Of a stretch of 64,000 nt of DNA, positions 21,130 to 31,119 are shown one piece after another. The first letter of the stretch is position 1. The number at the start of each line of letters is the position of its first letter. This DNA comes from Candidatus Marinacidobacterales bacterium. Its GTDB lineage: Bacteria > Acidobacteriota > Vicinamibacteria > Marinacidobacterales > DATDRI01. Where the stretch lies: positions 992,001-1,056,000 of the forward strand of contig OZ244742.1 of NCBI GenBank assembly GCA_965219415.1, read 5' to 3'. A model generated the notes under the pieces. The model was not told where the DNA came from and did no database searches. It saw only the letters and a list, made by a program, of their open reading frames with translations. The translations under genes and the position numbers were made by a program.

Positions 21130-21307
21130 GCTGGGAGAGGTCAGCCTTCTAAGAGCGGAACTCAGAAAACGAATGCTCTCCGAAAAGAAATGCCTCCACC
21201 GAATCCCATCATACCACGGCCGATAGCCGCCCCCGGACGGGGCGGCGCAGCGAGCATAACGAAAGGACTCGAGGAGGCTTCGTTGTGTCGAGTCGTTCTA
21301 CGAGGCG

Positions 21308-21568
21308 CTACTTAGCGAAGTAGGCGGCGTTCTTCTCGACGTATTCCTTCCACTTGTCGGGCAACTCTTCTTCGGGAAAGATGGCGGTAACCGGGCAGAC
21401 CGGTTCACAAGCCCCGCAGTCGATGCAGGTCTCGTTATCGATGTAGAGCTGCTCTACGGCTTCGAACTCCTTTGAGTCCTTCACGGGGTGAATGCAATCA
21501 ACCGGGCATACCTCCACGCAGGCGGTGTCCTTCGTCCCGATGCAAGGCTCAGCAATGATGTAAGCCAT
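21308..21568 (-). CDS. fdxA: 7Fe ([3Fe-4S][4Fe-4S]) ferredoxin
   Basis: MAYIIAEPCIGTKDTACVEVCPVDCIH ... CIDCGACEPVCP. Confidence 0.92.
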   Translation of the reverse strand: MAYIIAEPCIGTKDTACVEVCPVDCIHPVKDSKEFEAVEQLYIDNETCIDCGACEPVCPVTAIFPEEELPDKWKEYVEKNAAYFAK

Positions 21569-21589
21569 TCTCCTTCTCCTCCTTACAGA

Positions 21590-23089
21590 TCAAAAGGTTT
21601 CAAATATCTTGGTCGAGTACTCTGTTATCTGATCCAAATAGCCCCATAGTAGGAGGCCAATCACATTCGGCACCAGCAATAGAATGAGCAAGCCAAAGTA
21701 TATCGGATGAAGCTCCAGTCGGCTGGAATCGCCGCTCGAGTCGACTTCGATGACCATGGTCTTGATGATCTTCATATAGTAATAGGCGGCGATGGCCGCA
21801 TTCAAGACGCCGACCACCGCGAACCAGCCAAATCCCGCTTGGATGACGGCAGCGAAGATGTAGAACTTCGCGAGAAACCCGGCGAACGGGGGAATACCCA
21901 TCAACGACAAGAGGAAGATGGCCATCGCGACGGTCAACATCGGCGAGCGTTTCCAAATACCCGCGTAGTCCTTGACGTCGAAGCTCCCCACGTTGTCATG
22001 GACGACGATCACTACCAGAAAAGCCCCCAGGTTCATGAACAAGTAGATGACCATATAGGCCAGCATGGCCTGGATGCCTTCCTCGGAAAGAACCACCGCT
22101 CCCATCAAGATGTAACCTGCGTGAGCGATGCTCGAGTACGCCAACAGTCGCTTGACGTTCGATTGAAGGAGCGCCGCTACGTTTCCCAGCGTCATGGTGA
22201 CAACCGACATACCGATCAGAAGGGCTTGCCAATTGACCGGGCCGACCATTTCTGCGGTCTCCGCCCCCCGCTGTGCCATGCCACCGAAGAAGAACCGAAT
22301 GAGCACCGCGAACCCAGCCACCTTCGGACCTACCGACAGGAACGCCGTCACCGGCGTGGGAGCGCCGGTATAGACATCCGGACACCAGAAATGAAACGGA
22401 ACCACCGCGGTCTTGAACCCGATCCCAGCTAGTACCAGAATCACAATGAACAACAGCGTCGGTCCTGCCTCGCTGGCGGCTCCTTGGCCTATGAGCGCCG
22501 CTCGGATCTCATAGAGGTCGAGCGTTCCTGTGAGCCCGTAGAGTAGCGACAAACCGTAGAGCATGGTTCCGGTCGCGATCGCGCCGAACAAAATGTACTT
22601 GAGCGACGCCTCGTTCGAGAGCCGTTCCCCCTTCAAGTAACCGACCATGATGTAAGAACAAACGGATACCATCTCCAGCGACAGGTAAATCATGAGGAGA
22701 TTGATGGAGTTTGCCATCCACATCATGGATACGGTCACCGCGAGAAGCAGAGCTAAGAGCTCTCCCTGGTTCAACCTCGACAGTTCGCGCGAAGGAACGG
22801 ACAGAAGCAGGACCAAGATGGCGGTCAGGATGAACAGAGCCCGAAGCAGCACGCCGAAGTGGTCGAGGACGACCATCCTAGTAAAGAGCGTGCCTTGGGG
22901 CGCGTCACCCAGCATGATCGTATAGAACCCCGCTAGAACCAACCCCGCCAAAGCGATGGCCACCGTTCCCCATCGCCGATCCTGGCGCCCTTTGAGGGCG
23001 AGATCGACCACAATCACGACGGCAAGAGCCCACACCAAGATCAGCTCCGGCAGAAAATACTTGAGACTGTCAAGGGTTCCGAGCGCCAT
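21590..23089 (-). CDS. nuoN: NADH-quinone oxidoreductase subunit N
   Basis: EASLKY, FKTAVVPFHFWCPDVY, KRLLAYSSIAHAG, GIPPFAGF. Confidence 0.93.
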   Translation of the reverse strand: MALGTLDSLKYFLPELILVWALAVVIVVDLALKGRQDRRWGTVAIALAGLVLAGFYTIMLGDAPQGTLFTRMVVLDHFGVLLRALFILTAILVLLLSVPSRELSRLNQGELLALLLAVTVSMMWMANSINLLMIYLSLEMVSVCSYIMVGYLKGERLSNEASLKYILFGAIATGTMLYGLSLLYGLTGTLDLYEIRAALIGQGAASEAGPTLLFIVILVLAGIGFKTAVVPFHFWCPDVYTGAPTPVTAFLSVGPKVAGFAVLIRFFFGGMAQRGAETAEMVGPVNWQALLIGMSVVTMTLGNVAALLQSNVKRLLAYSSIAHAGYILMGAVVLSEEGIQAMLAYMVIYLFMNLGAFLVVIVVHDNVGSFDVKDYAGIWKRSPMLTVAMAIFLLSLMGIPPFAGFLAKFYIFAAVIQAGFGWFAVVGVLNAAIAAYYYMKIIKTMVIEVDSSGDSSRLELHPIYFGLLILLLVPNVIGLLLWGYLDQITEYSTKIFETF

Positions 23090-23094
23090 CGTGC

Positions 23095-23400
23095 CTATCC
23101 TTTGAGGGCGGTAGCCTCATCCAGGTTCACGCTCTTCAAGATCCGGTAGAGTGAGAGAACGATAGCCAGTGCCACCGCCGCCTCGGAGGCCGCAATGACG
23201 ATGACGAACACCGCAAAGACTTGACCGGAGAGATCAGAGGATGAAAAGCGCGAAAAAGCGACCAAATTGATGTTGGCGGAGTTGAAGATCAACTCGATGG
23301 ACATCAAAACGTTGACCGCGTTTTTCCGGGTGAGCACCCCCAACAACCCCAGTGAGAAGAGGGCCGCGGAGACCATCAAGTAGTGTTCGAGAGGAATCAC
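23095..23400 (-). CDS. nuoK: NADH-quinone oxidoreductase subunit K
   Basis: LMSIELIFNSANINLV, AASEAAVALAIV. Confidence 0.95.
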   Translation of the reverse strand: MIPLEHYLMVSAALFSLGLLGVLTRKNAVNVLMSIELIFNSANINLVAFSRFSSSDLSGQVFAVFVIVIAASEAAVALAIVLSLYRILKSVNLDEATALKG

Positions 23401-23906
23401 AGGTCGGACCTCCGCCGCACCATCATCGCGGCGCCGATCAGGGCTATCAGCAGCAACACCGACGCCGCCTCGAAAGGCAGGATGTACTTGGTCATGAACA
23501 ATTCACCGATACTCGCCGTCGTCGGTCCCTCGAACGCGGCGAATCCCAAACTTTTCCACGGCGTTTGGTAGATGAGGTAAGCGATCGTCAAGAACACCGC
23601 CGTCGCAACGCCCAGCCCCGGCCAGAATTGGATGGTCGCGGTTTGGAGACTCATGCCGTAGACGCGATGGGTCAACATGACACCGAAAAGCAACAAGATG
23701 AGGATCCCGCCGACGTAAATGAGTACTTGCGCGCCGGCGAGAAGATCGGCCCCCAGCAAAACGTAAAAGACCGCAACCCCGAAAAAGGTGGCCAGCAGAG
23801 CAAAGGCTGAGTGAACCAGGCTTCGACCCAGCACAACGAGCGCCGCGGAGCTCACGACCAGGACCGCGAATGTATAAAAAACAACTTGAGTCGCGAGCTC
23901 TCCCAT
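23397..23906 (-). CDS. nuoJ: NADH-quinone oxidoreductase subunit J
   Basis: QVLIYVGGILIL, PFEAASVLLL. Confidence 0.95.
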   Translation of the reverse strand: MGELATQVVFYTFAVLVVSSAALVVLGRSLVHSAFALLATFFGVAVFYVLLGADLLAGAQVLIYVGGILILLLFGVMLTHRVYGMSLQTATIQFWPGLGVATAVFLTIAYLIYQTPWKSLGFAAFEGPTTASIGELFMTKYILPFEAASVLLLIALIGAAMMVRRRSDL

Positions 23907-23916
23907 GGCCAGCTAA

Positions 23917-24453
23917 CTACTCCCCTCCCGCCGCCGCGGGCACCGGCTCCTTCTTGGGCTCGGGCGGGCTAGGTTGGTCCTTGGCGAACCGATAGAGCAG
24001 ATTCCCCTTTTCGCTCTCGGCAAACTCATACTCCGGTGTCATCACGATGCAATCCGTGGGGCAAGGGTAGACACAGAGCGCACAATAGCAGCAGAGCGAC
24101 ATATCGATGTCGAACTGCGGCACGTTGAGCTTGATGGCCGTTCCGTCGGTAGCAAAGATCGGCGCCGCGTCCTTTTCCCGCTTTTCGGCGGTAATGTAGA
24201 TGCAATCAACCGGACACGCCCTTTCGCACTGCTTGCACCCGATGCAATCCTCGATCTTGACGTGGAGTTTCATCCGCGAGCGGTAGCTAAGCAGTCCCTC
24301 GGGTACCAATAGAGACTTCCAGCGCTCCTCTGGTTTCTCGTCGGCCGCGTATTGCTGCGTCACGGAAGGCTTGAAGATATGCTTCAGAGTCACCAGCATA
24401 CCCTTGGCTACCGTGACCACGGCTTCGTACATATCGGTGAAGTACTGTTTCAT
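23917..24453 (-). CDS. nuoI: NADH-quinone oxidoreductase subunit I
   Basis: Two CxxCxxCxxxCP motifs. Confidence 0.93.
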   Translation of the reverse strand: MKQYFTDMYEAVVTVAKGMLVTLKHIFKPSVTQQYAADEKPEERWKSLLVPEGLLSYRSRMKLHVKIEDCIGCKQCERACPVDCIYITAEKREKDAAPIFATDGTAIKLNVPQFDIDMSLCCYCALCVYPCPTDCIVMTPEYEFAESEKGNLLYRFAKDQPSPPEPKKEPVPAAAGGE

Positions 24454-24460
24454 CGGTCTC

Positions 24461-25621
24461 CTAGCCCTTGAGCTCTAGAGAAAAGAAAGCCGCCACGATG
24501 AGAAGGACGAAGGCTATCGGGATCAAATACTTCCAGCACATGGCCATAAGCTGGTCGACTCGCAGCCGCGGCAGTGTCCAACGAAGCCACATCTGAACGA
24601 AGACCAGGAACATTGTTTTCGCCACGAACAGCAGCGAGTCGGGTATCAGCGGCTCGGCGAGAAACCCCTGCCATCCGCCCAGGAAGAGTACCGCGGTCAG
24701 CGCGCTGACCAAGAACATCGCGCCGTACTCGGCAAGGAAGAAAAAAGCGAATCGCATGCCGCTGTATTCGGTATGGAAGCCGGCGACCAACTCCGACTCC
24801 GCTTCCGGGAGGTCGAACGGAGTGCGGTTCGTCTCCGCTAAACCGCAAATAAAGAACACCACGAAGGCGATGAGGTTGATCGGGAACATTTGCCAATGGC
24901 CGCCACCAAAGATGAACCAGCTGAAAACGCCTCCCTGTTGGGCGACCACGACATCTTGGAGATTCAGGCTCCCCACCTGCACGACCACGACGAGAAGGGT
25001 GAGCACCGTCGGGATCTCATAACTCACGATTTGGGCAGCCGATCGCATGCCACCAAAGAGCGAGTACTTGTTGTTGGATGCCCAGCCCGCCATCAAGATC
25101 CCAATCGCGTTGAGAGAACCGATGGCTACGATGTAGAGAAGACCGATGTTGAGGTCCGAGACCACCAGACCGTCTCCCCATGGAATCACTGCAAAGGCGG
25201 CGAAACTGCCGGCCACTACCAAGTACGGCGCTAAACGGAAGAGCGGTTTGTCCCCTCCTGCGGGGATGATGTCTTCCTTGAAGAGTAGCTTGATGCCGTC
25301 GGCAAAACTCTGCAACACGCCGTGCCAGCCGACGCGCATCGGCCCGAGTCGATCTTGAGTGTGCGCGGCGACTTTTCTTTCGAACCAGATGGCGAAGATG
25401 GGAAACAGTGACAGGAACCCCACGATCGCGGCGACGCCAAGCCCCCTTCCCACCGCCGGACGCAACTCCTCCGGTAAATAGGACTCGATCAGACCGGCCA
25501 CCAAACCAGCGATAACCGGAAGCGCACCGATGGCAATGACGAACCCCACCGCGCCGAGGACGACGGCGGCCGAAACCACCGGCAGTATCTTCATCTCGAT
25601 CTGCCGCTGGCGCGTAATCAT
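24461..25621 (-). CDS. nuoH: NADH-quinone oxidoreductase subunit H
   Basis: ERKVAAHTQDRLGP, ADGIKL, AETNRTPFDLPEAESELVAG. Confidence 0.96.
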   Translation of the reverse strand: MITRQRQIEMKILPVVSAAVVLGAVGFVIAIGALPVIAGLVAGLIESYLPEELRPAVGRGLGVAAIVGFLSLFPIFAIWFERKVAAHTQDRLGPMRVGWHGVLQSFADGIKLLFKEDIIPAGGDKPLFRLAPYLVVAGSFAAFAVIPWGDGLVVSDLNIGLLYIVAIGSLNAIGILMAGWASNNKYSLFGGMRSAAQIVSYEIPTVLTLLVVVVQVGSLNLQDVVVAQQGGVFSWFIFGGGHWQMFPINLIAFVVFFICGLAETNRTPFDLPEAESELVAGFHTEYSGMRFAFFFLAEYGAMFLVSALTAVLFLGGWQGFLAEPLIPDSLLFVAKTMFLVFVQMWLRWTLPRLRVDQLMAMCWKYLIPIAFVLLIVAAFFSLELKG

Positions 25622-26793
25622 TAGCGATCGATCTCCCCGAGAACGATGTCCAAACTGCCGATGATCGCCACCATGTCCGCGATCATCTCGCCACGGGCGA
25701 TCTCCTGGAAAACGCTCATGGCCACAAAACAGGGCGAACGCCCCCTGACGCGAGACGGAATGAGACCGCCATCACTCACGACGTAGTAAGCAAGCTCCCC
25801 GCGGGGCGTCTCGGTACGCAGATAGGCCTCACCCTTCGGAGGCTTGACCCGCTTCGGAACGCGCTCGTGCACGTCGCCTTCCGGCAGCCGATCCAGAGTC
25901 TGTAGGATGATCTTGCAACTCTCGCGCATTTCGAGGACGCGGACGTAGTACCGATCCCAGCACGAACCGATGGGTCCATGCTCTCCGGTGCCGATCGGAA
26001 CCTCGAAATCATAGTTCTCGTACTCGCAGTAAGGTTCTTCCTTGCGAATATCCCATTTGATGCCGGAACCGCGCAGATTGGGGCCGCTAATCGCATAATT
26101 AACAGCCAGGTCCGGCGGGAGGATGCCGACGGTTGCGGTGCGCTTGGTGAAGATCTTGTTGAAGCTCAGCAGCTGATCTACTTCGTCGATGGTGTGCCCG
26201 AACTGATCGACGAAGTATCGGCACTTTGCCACCCAGCCGTCGGGTAGGTCGTGAGAGACACCGCCGACCCAGTTGTAGTTGTAAAGGAGCCGCGCGCCAC
26301 AAAGCCATTCGAAGAGATCGAGCACCATCTCCCGATCCCGAAAACAGTGAAGAAAAGGTGTGAAGGCACCGATATCGATTCCGTATGTTCCCACCGAGAG
26401 CAGATGACTCGCGATCCTCTGGAGTTCCGCCATCAACACCCTGATGGTGTTGACGCGGTCATTGACTTGGATGCCCATCAATTTTTCGATGGTCAGGGCA
26501 TAGGTAAGGCTATTGGCCATCGAGGCGACGTAGTCCATTCGATCGGTGAAGGGAATGACACCGGAGTAATCGATATTCTCGGCGTGCTTCTCGAAATTAC
26601 GATGTAGATAGCCGATGTGCGGGCGAGCTTCCTTGACCACCTCGCCGTCTGTCAGGAGCTCGACCCGAAGTACGCCATGGGTCGACGGGTGCTGCGGACC
26701 CATGTTGAGGACCATATCGTCCCCGTGGTACGCCTCGATGGTGAAGGTGGGCGTTTCCTCTGACCAGGGGATCTTGTTTGCGGGTTCAACCAT
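25621..26793 (-). CDS. nuoD: NADH-quinone oxidoreductase subunit D
   Basis: NMGPQHPSTHGVLR, GYLHR, ends DIVLGEIDR; no NiFe CxxC motifs. Confidence 0.96.
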   Translation of the reverse strand: MVEPANKIPWSEETPTFTIEAYHGDDMVLNMGPQHPSTHGVLRVELLTDGEVVKEARPHIGYLHRNFEKHAENIDYSGVIPFTDRMDYVASMANSLTYALTIEKLMGIQVNDRVNTIRVLMAELQRIASHLLSVGTYGIDIGAFTPFLHCFRDREMVLDLFEWLCGARLLYNYNWVGGVSHDLPDGWVAKCRYFVDQFGHTIDEVDQLLSFNKIFTKRTATVGILPPDLAVNYAISGPNLRGSGIKWDIRKEEPYCEYENYDFEVPIGTGEHGPIGSCWDRYYVRVLEMRESCKIILQTLDRLPEGDVHERVPKRVKPPKGEAYLRTETPRGELAYYVVSDGGLIPSRVRGRSPCFVAMSVFQEIARGEMIADMVAIIGSLDIVLGEIDR

Positions 26794-26806
26794 GCGTTTT
26801 ATGTGT

Positions 26807-27009
26807 TAATCAAAAGGCCCCACACCGAGCTTCTCGCCGGCAACACTTGGTGCTCGCGGGGCCCCACCCCCACTCGCGGCGCTCGCTCCTCGCTCGCGCC
26901 CAAAACCACGGCCGGATTCCCTTGCCGTTCATTTTCGTTGGCAATTCCTCCCGGCCGACGTCGGGCGGAAACTCGGCTAATCAAAAGGCCCCACTCCGAG
27001 TTTCTCGCC
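26807..27009 (-). repeat. 32-bp direct repeat of the nuoC 3' end (26807-26838 and 26978-27009) flanking a GC-rich insert of about 140 bp
   Basis: Both copies encode [10 protein letters not shown]-stop; the differences are synonymous. Confidence 0.85.
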
Positions 27010-27516
27010 CTCCTTAACTCTCTGGACCATTTGCTTTCCGGGTTTGACGGGAATGCCGTGCCACTCTTCCGGCCATTCCCAATCCTTCTTGAGGGGGTGG
27101 CCTTCCCAGTCATCAGGTAACAAGATGCGGCGCGGGTCGCTGTGGCCATCGAACCAAACGCCATAGAGGTCGTAGGCTTCACGCTCGTGCCAGTTGGCGG
27201 TCTTCCAGACGTTCTCGACCGTCGGTACCTTGGCTCCTTCGCGAGGAACCTCGACCTTGAGAACGATCCAATGTCGATGCTTCATGGAGGAGAGGTGATA
27301 GACGACCTCCATCTTCTCTTCCTTGGGATAGTCGGCGCCCGAAAGATTGTGGAGGGTATCGAAAGCCAACTCGGGATCGTCGCGGAGCCACCTGCCGATT
27401 TCGGCGATGGCGGCACCATCTACCACGATGAAGGGATCGATGACTTCGAGCTCGGCTCGTTTGATCTTGCCGGGAAACTTCGCCTCGAGTCTTTGCTGGA
27501 TATCGGAAGCCGTCAT
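26977..27516 (-). CDS. nuoC: NADH-quinone oxidoreductase subunit C
   Basis: [30 protein letters not shown]. Confidence 0.95.
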   Translation of the reverse strand: MTASDIQQRLEAKFPGKIKRAELEVIDPFIVVDGAAIAEIGRWLRDDPELAFDTLHNLSGADYPKEEKMEVVYHLSSMKHRHWIVLKVEVPREGAKVPTVENVWKTANWHEREAYDLYGVWFDGHSDPRRILLPDDWEGHPLKKDWEWPEEWHGIPVKPGKQMVQRVKEGEKLGVGPFD

Positions 27517-28037
27517 GCTTTTGTCGCCGCCTCGACCGGCTGTCTTCCTTCGCGGGGATCGTCCAAGAGCGAGCGCTCACGAATCACATCTTGAAGTTTC
27601 ATCACACCGTACAACAGAGCTTCCGGCCGCGGCGGGCAACCGGGAACGTAGACATCAACCGGAATAACGAGGTCAACCCCCTTGACGACGTGGTACCCGT
27701 ACTGCCAATACGGTCCCCCGTTGTTGGAGCAGCTTCCCATTGAGATCACGTACTTGGGCTCGGCCATTTGCTCGTAAAGTCTCTTGATGCGAATCGCCAT
27801 CTTGTGCGTGACGGTCCCGGCCACGATCATCAAATCGGATTGCCGCGGCGTTGCCCGGGGGATCATGCCGAGTCGGTCCCAATCGAAACGACTCGCACCG
27901 GCGGCCATCATTTCGATGGCGCAGCACGCAAGTCCAAAAGTCATCGGCCAAAGCGCGGAGAGCCGGGCCCAGTTGACCACCTGATCCACCGTGGTCAGGG
28001 CGATGCGACTCGCACCTAGGGTCTTGATAAGGTCCAT
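27513..28037 (-). CDS. nuoB: NADH-quinone oxidoreductase subunit B
   Basis: [24 protein letters not shown]. Confidence 0.96.
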   Translation of the reverse strand: MDLIKTLGASRIALTTVDQVVNWARLSALWPMTFGLACCAIEMMAAGASRFDWDRLGMIPRATPRQSDLMIVAGTVTHKMAIRIKRLYEQMAEPKYVISMGSCSNNGGPYWQYGYHVVKGVDLVIPVDVYVPGCPPRPEALLYGVMKLQDVIRERSLLDDPREGRQPVEAATKA

Positions 28038-28049
28038 AGCTCGGTTTCT

Positions 28050-28472
28050 CTACGCTACTTTCTCAGCCTCGGAGATACTGTCCGTTTGATGATGGGGAGC
28101 GCGGTCCTCGGTACGAACCCACTCCAGGTCTCCCTTGACCCAAAGGTAGGCGAGGCCGAGGGCGAGAATCGCGATAAAGATGAGGCCCTCGACGAAAGCG
28201 AAGAGCCCCAAGTCCTGGTAGACGACCGCCCACGGGAACAAGAAGACGGCTTCTACATCGAAAATGATGAAGACCAGCGCGAAAACGTAGAACCGGATGT
28301 TGAACTGCACCCAAGGTGAGCCTACCGGGTTCTCGCCACATTCGTAGGGTATGTATTTCTCGGCGGTGAACTTGCTCGGCCGTACTAGAGACGCAACAAT
28401 GAGGGTCCCACAGACGAAGAGTATGGCCGCCACGAGGAAAAAGAGCACGGCGAGGAAATCCACCATTTCCAT
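28050..28472 (-). CDS. nuoA: NADH-quinone oxidoreductase subunit A
   Basis: [26 protein letters not shown]. Confidence 0.96.
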   Translation of the reverse strand: MEMVDFLAVLFFLVAAILFVCGTLIVASLVRPSKFTAEKYIPYECGENPVGSPWVQFNIRFYVFALVFIIFDVEAVFLFPWAVVYQDLGLFAFVEGLIFIAILALGLAYLWVKGDLEWVRTEDRAPHHQTDSISEAEKVA

Positions 28473-28715
28473 CGGTTTTACCTCACGAAAGTCCCACTAA
28501 CGGTCATTATTTCAATCGTTTCTTGACGCCGCAACTCAGGCCGACGACTGGAGACCGTGCAAGAACCCCTACACAAAAAACTTGCGGCCGGCCTCGCCGA
28601 CCGCACTGGCGCGGGTATTATATTCAGAGGTTTCGGGGCGGGCAACAACAAAAAATGGGGGAAATTCCCACCCGCGACGCCCCTATCCTCTATGTGTATC
28701 CCCTTGCATATCGGG

Positions 28716-29717
28716 TCAGCCCATTTCCCGCGTCAGGGCATCGGCGTATTCGTTGGTCGACGAGCTTCCGCCCAGATCCGGCGTTCGCACGTCTCCTTTC
28801 TCGAGTACTCGAAAACAGGCCGCTAGGGCCCGATCCGCGGCGTCGTTCTCACCGATGTGTCTCAACATGAGTATCGCCGAAAAGATCAAAGCGGTCGGGT
28901 TGGCGACTCCCTTCCCAGCAATGTCTGGTGCGCTGCCATGCACGGCCTCGAAGACAGCATGGGACTCCCCAATATTGGCTGCGGGCACCAGGCCCAGCCC
29001 ACCCACTAGGCCGGCGGCCAAATCCGAGACGATGTCCCCATAGAGGTTGGACAACAAGAGGATATCGAATTGATCGGGATCCAACACCAACTGCATGCAC
29101 AGGTTATCGACGATCTTGTCGTCGAATTCGACTTCCGGAAACCCCTCGGCCACTTTGCGGGCGCTATCCAAGAAGAGCCCGTCGGTGAGCTTCATGATGT
29201 TGGCTTTGTGGACCGCCGTCACTTTGTGCCGTTGTCGCCGGCGCGCATACTCGAAGGCGAATCGCGCGATTCGCGTGGAGGCGTGAGATGTGATCACCTT
29301 CAGCCCTTGGGTCACACCGGGCATGATCATGTGCTCGATGCCGGAGTAGAGATCCTCGGTGTTCTCCCTCACGATCACCAGGCTTACGTCTTCGTAGCGA
29401 CTCTTCACTCCTGGGACGCTCCGAACGGGCCGCAGGTTCGCATAAAGATCGAGCCCCTTTCTCAAAGCCACGTTGGCGCTCGGGAAGCCTTCCCCGATTA
29501 GCGTGGTGAGTGGACCCTTGAGGGCCAACCCGTTTTGTCGGATCGACTCCAAGAGCTCTTCAGGCAAAGGGTTTCCAGTCTTTTCGAACGCCCGAATACC
29601 CGCCTCGTGTCTATCCCACTCGAACGCCACGCCGGTGGCATCGAGCACCCGCAGGGTGGCATCGGTGATCTCGGGGCCGATCCCGTCACCGGGAATGAGT
29701 GTAATCCTATATGCCAT
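28716..29717 (-). CDS. Isocitrate/isopropylmalate dehydrogenase family enzyme (NAD-dependent IDH-like)
   Basis: IPGDGIGPE, RENTED, HKANIMK, NLYGDIVSD, EAVHGSAPDIAG. Confidence 0.9.
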   Translation of the reverse strand: MAYRITLIPGDGIGPEITDATLRVLDATGVAFEWDRHEAGIRAFEKTGNPLPEELLESIRQNGLALKGPLTTLIGEGFPSANVALRKGLDLYANLRPVRSVPGVKSRYEDVSLVIVRENTEDLYSGIEHMIMPGVTQGLKVITSHASTRIARFAFEYARRRQRHKVTAVHKANIMKLTDGLFLDSARKVAEGFPEVEFDDKIVDNLCMQLVLDPDQFDILLLSNLYGDIVSDLAAGLVGGLGLVPAANIGESHAVFEAVHGSAPDIAGKGVANPTALIFSAILMLRHIGENDAADRALAACFRVLEKGDVRTPDLGGSSSTNEYADALTREMG

Positions 29718-29784
29718 TGGTGGATCCGAATGAAGATCTTAACATGGATAAGCCTCATCCTGATGCTAAGATGGCGGGAGGGCC

Positions 29785-30510
29785 ATGAAGCTTTCCGTTG
29801 TCGTTCCCACTCTTAACGAGGAGCGCTGTCTTAAGCGCGCGCTGGCGTCGATTCCTCGAGGAGCGGAGATCGTTGTCGCGGATGGTCGAAGCGAGGATCG
29901 TACGCGGGAGATCGCCGCAAAGCAGGGTGCCCGCGTGATCGAGGGCGCGCCCGGCCGAGGAGCACAAATGAACCTTGGCGCGAAGGCGACCAGCGGCGAC
30001 ACACTCTTGTTTCTCCACGCCGACTGCGAGCTCGGCCCTGGCGCGACCGAAGCCATTCGGATGGCTCTCGACGACAAGGAGGTCGTCGGAGGCTCGTTTG
30101 CTCTCCGGGTCCAACCGGCGAGCCTAGGGTTAGGCCTCGTGTCCCTGGGGTCGAACCTCCGGGCTCGCTACCTGGGTTTGCCATACGGAGATCAGGCGCT
30201 CTTCGTCCGTCGCTCTGAGTTCGAGCGTATCGGTGGCTATCCCGACATCCCCATCATGGAGGACGTCTACTTCGCGAAGCGGCTTCGGGCCAGGGGTCGG
30301 ATGGTCGCTCTCGACGTCCCGGTGACGACGACTCCCCGTCACTGGGAGCGGTTGGGACCCTTCGCTACCACCCTGGCGAATTGGATCGCGGTGAGCGCGT
30401 TCTTCTTGGGTGTCTCGCCCCACCGTCTCGCCCCCGTGTATCACCGGCTGAAGGGGAGCCGACCGCCCGACCCACCCTCCCGAGAACCGCTTGCGGTACC
30501 GAACGAGTAA
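29785..30510 (+). CDS. GT2 glycosyltransferase (TIGR04283-like)
   Basis: VVVPTLNE, GRGAQMNLGA, LFLHAD, PYGDQ, PIMED. Confidence 0.88.
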   Translation: MKLSVVVPTLNEERCLKRALASIPRGAEIVVADGRSEDRTREIAAKQGARVIEGAPGRGAQMNLGAKATSGDTLLFLHADCELGPGATEAIRMALDDKEVVGGSFALRVQPASLGLGLVSLGSNLRARYLGLPYGDQALFVRRSEFERIGGYPDIPIMEDVYFAKRLRARGRMVALDVPVTTTPRHWERLGPFATTLANWIAVSAFFLGVSPHRLAPVYHRLKGSRPPDPPSREPLAVPNE

Positions 30511-30612
30511 GCGTAGGGCGAGCCTCAGTGAAGTCCTGGGAGTCTTGACTTCGCCTCGCGAAGCTGTCACCATTTTCGGTAATCCCCGGTCTTGAGGTAG
30601 GAGGAAGTCGCA

Positions 30613-31119
30613 ATGGGCGTGCCTTGTCCCCACTGCGAGACCGAGCTCCACGAGGACGTCGTTCGGCAGCTCGCAGCGGCGAAAGCGCTCTGTCCTCACT
30701 GCCAAGGCTCGCTCGATGTAGTGTTCATGGCAATGTCTGAAGTGGATGAAAAAGCGGCGGCCACCGAGGAGGTGAGCAGTAGTGCTCCTCCCGGCTCACT
30801 TTCAGACGACAAGAAGTACTCGCTCGAAGTCTTGGACGGCAACGAGCCGGGTCAGATCTTCCCGATCGAGAAACCGGAGACCATCATCGGGCGTCGCGGA
30901 TGTGACGTAAACCTGGACGACCCGGAAATCTCACGCCAGCACGTGAGCACCCAAGTCCATGGAGACGGCGCGACGCTCCAGGACCTGGGAAGCACTAATG
31001 GGACGTACGTTCAAGGGGCGCGCGTCATGGAAGCACAACTGCAGGACAATTCCGAGTTCCGCCTCGGAACCCATCAACTCGTCTTCCGCATTACCTTTCG
31101 CACCCCGCCCGCCGTTTAG
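30613..31119 (+). CDS. Zinc-ribbon + FHA domain protein
   Basis: CPHC...CPHC; [16 protein letters not shown]. Confidence 0.88.
   Translation: MGVPCPHCETELHEDVVRQLAAAKALCPHCQGSLDVVFMAMSEVDEKAAATEEVSSSAPPGSLSDDKKYSLEVLDGNEPGQIFPIEKPETIIGRRGCDVNLDDPEISRQHVSTQVHGDGATLQDLGSTNGTYVQGARVMEAQLQDNSEFRLGTHQLVFRITFRTPPAV

Noticed and set aside
25621-28037. Group 4 NiFe hydrogenase interpretation of the short nuo cluster
   Set aside because: The large subunit lacks both CxxC nickel motifs and has NuoD quinone-site motifs
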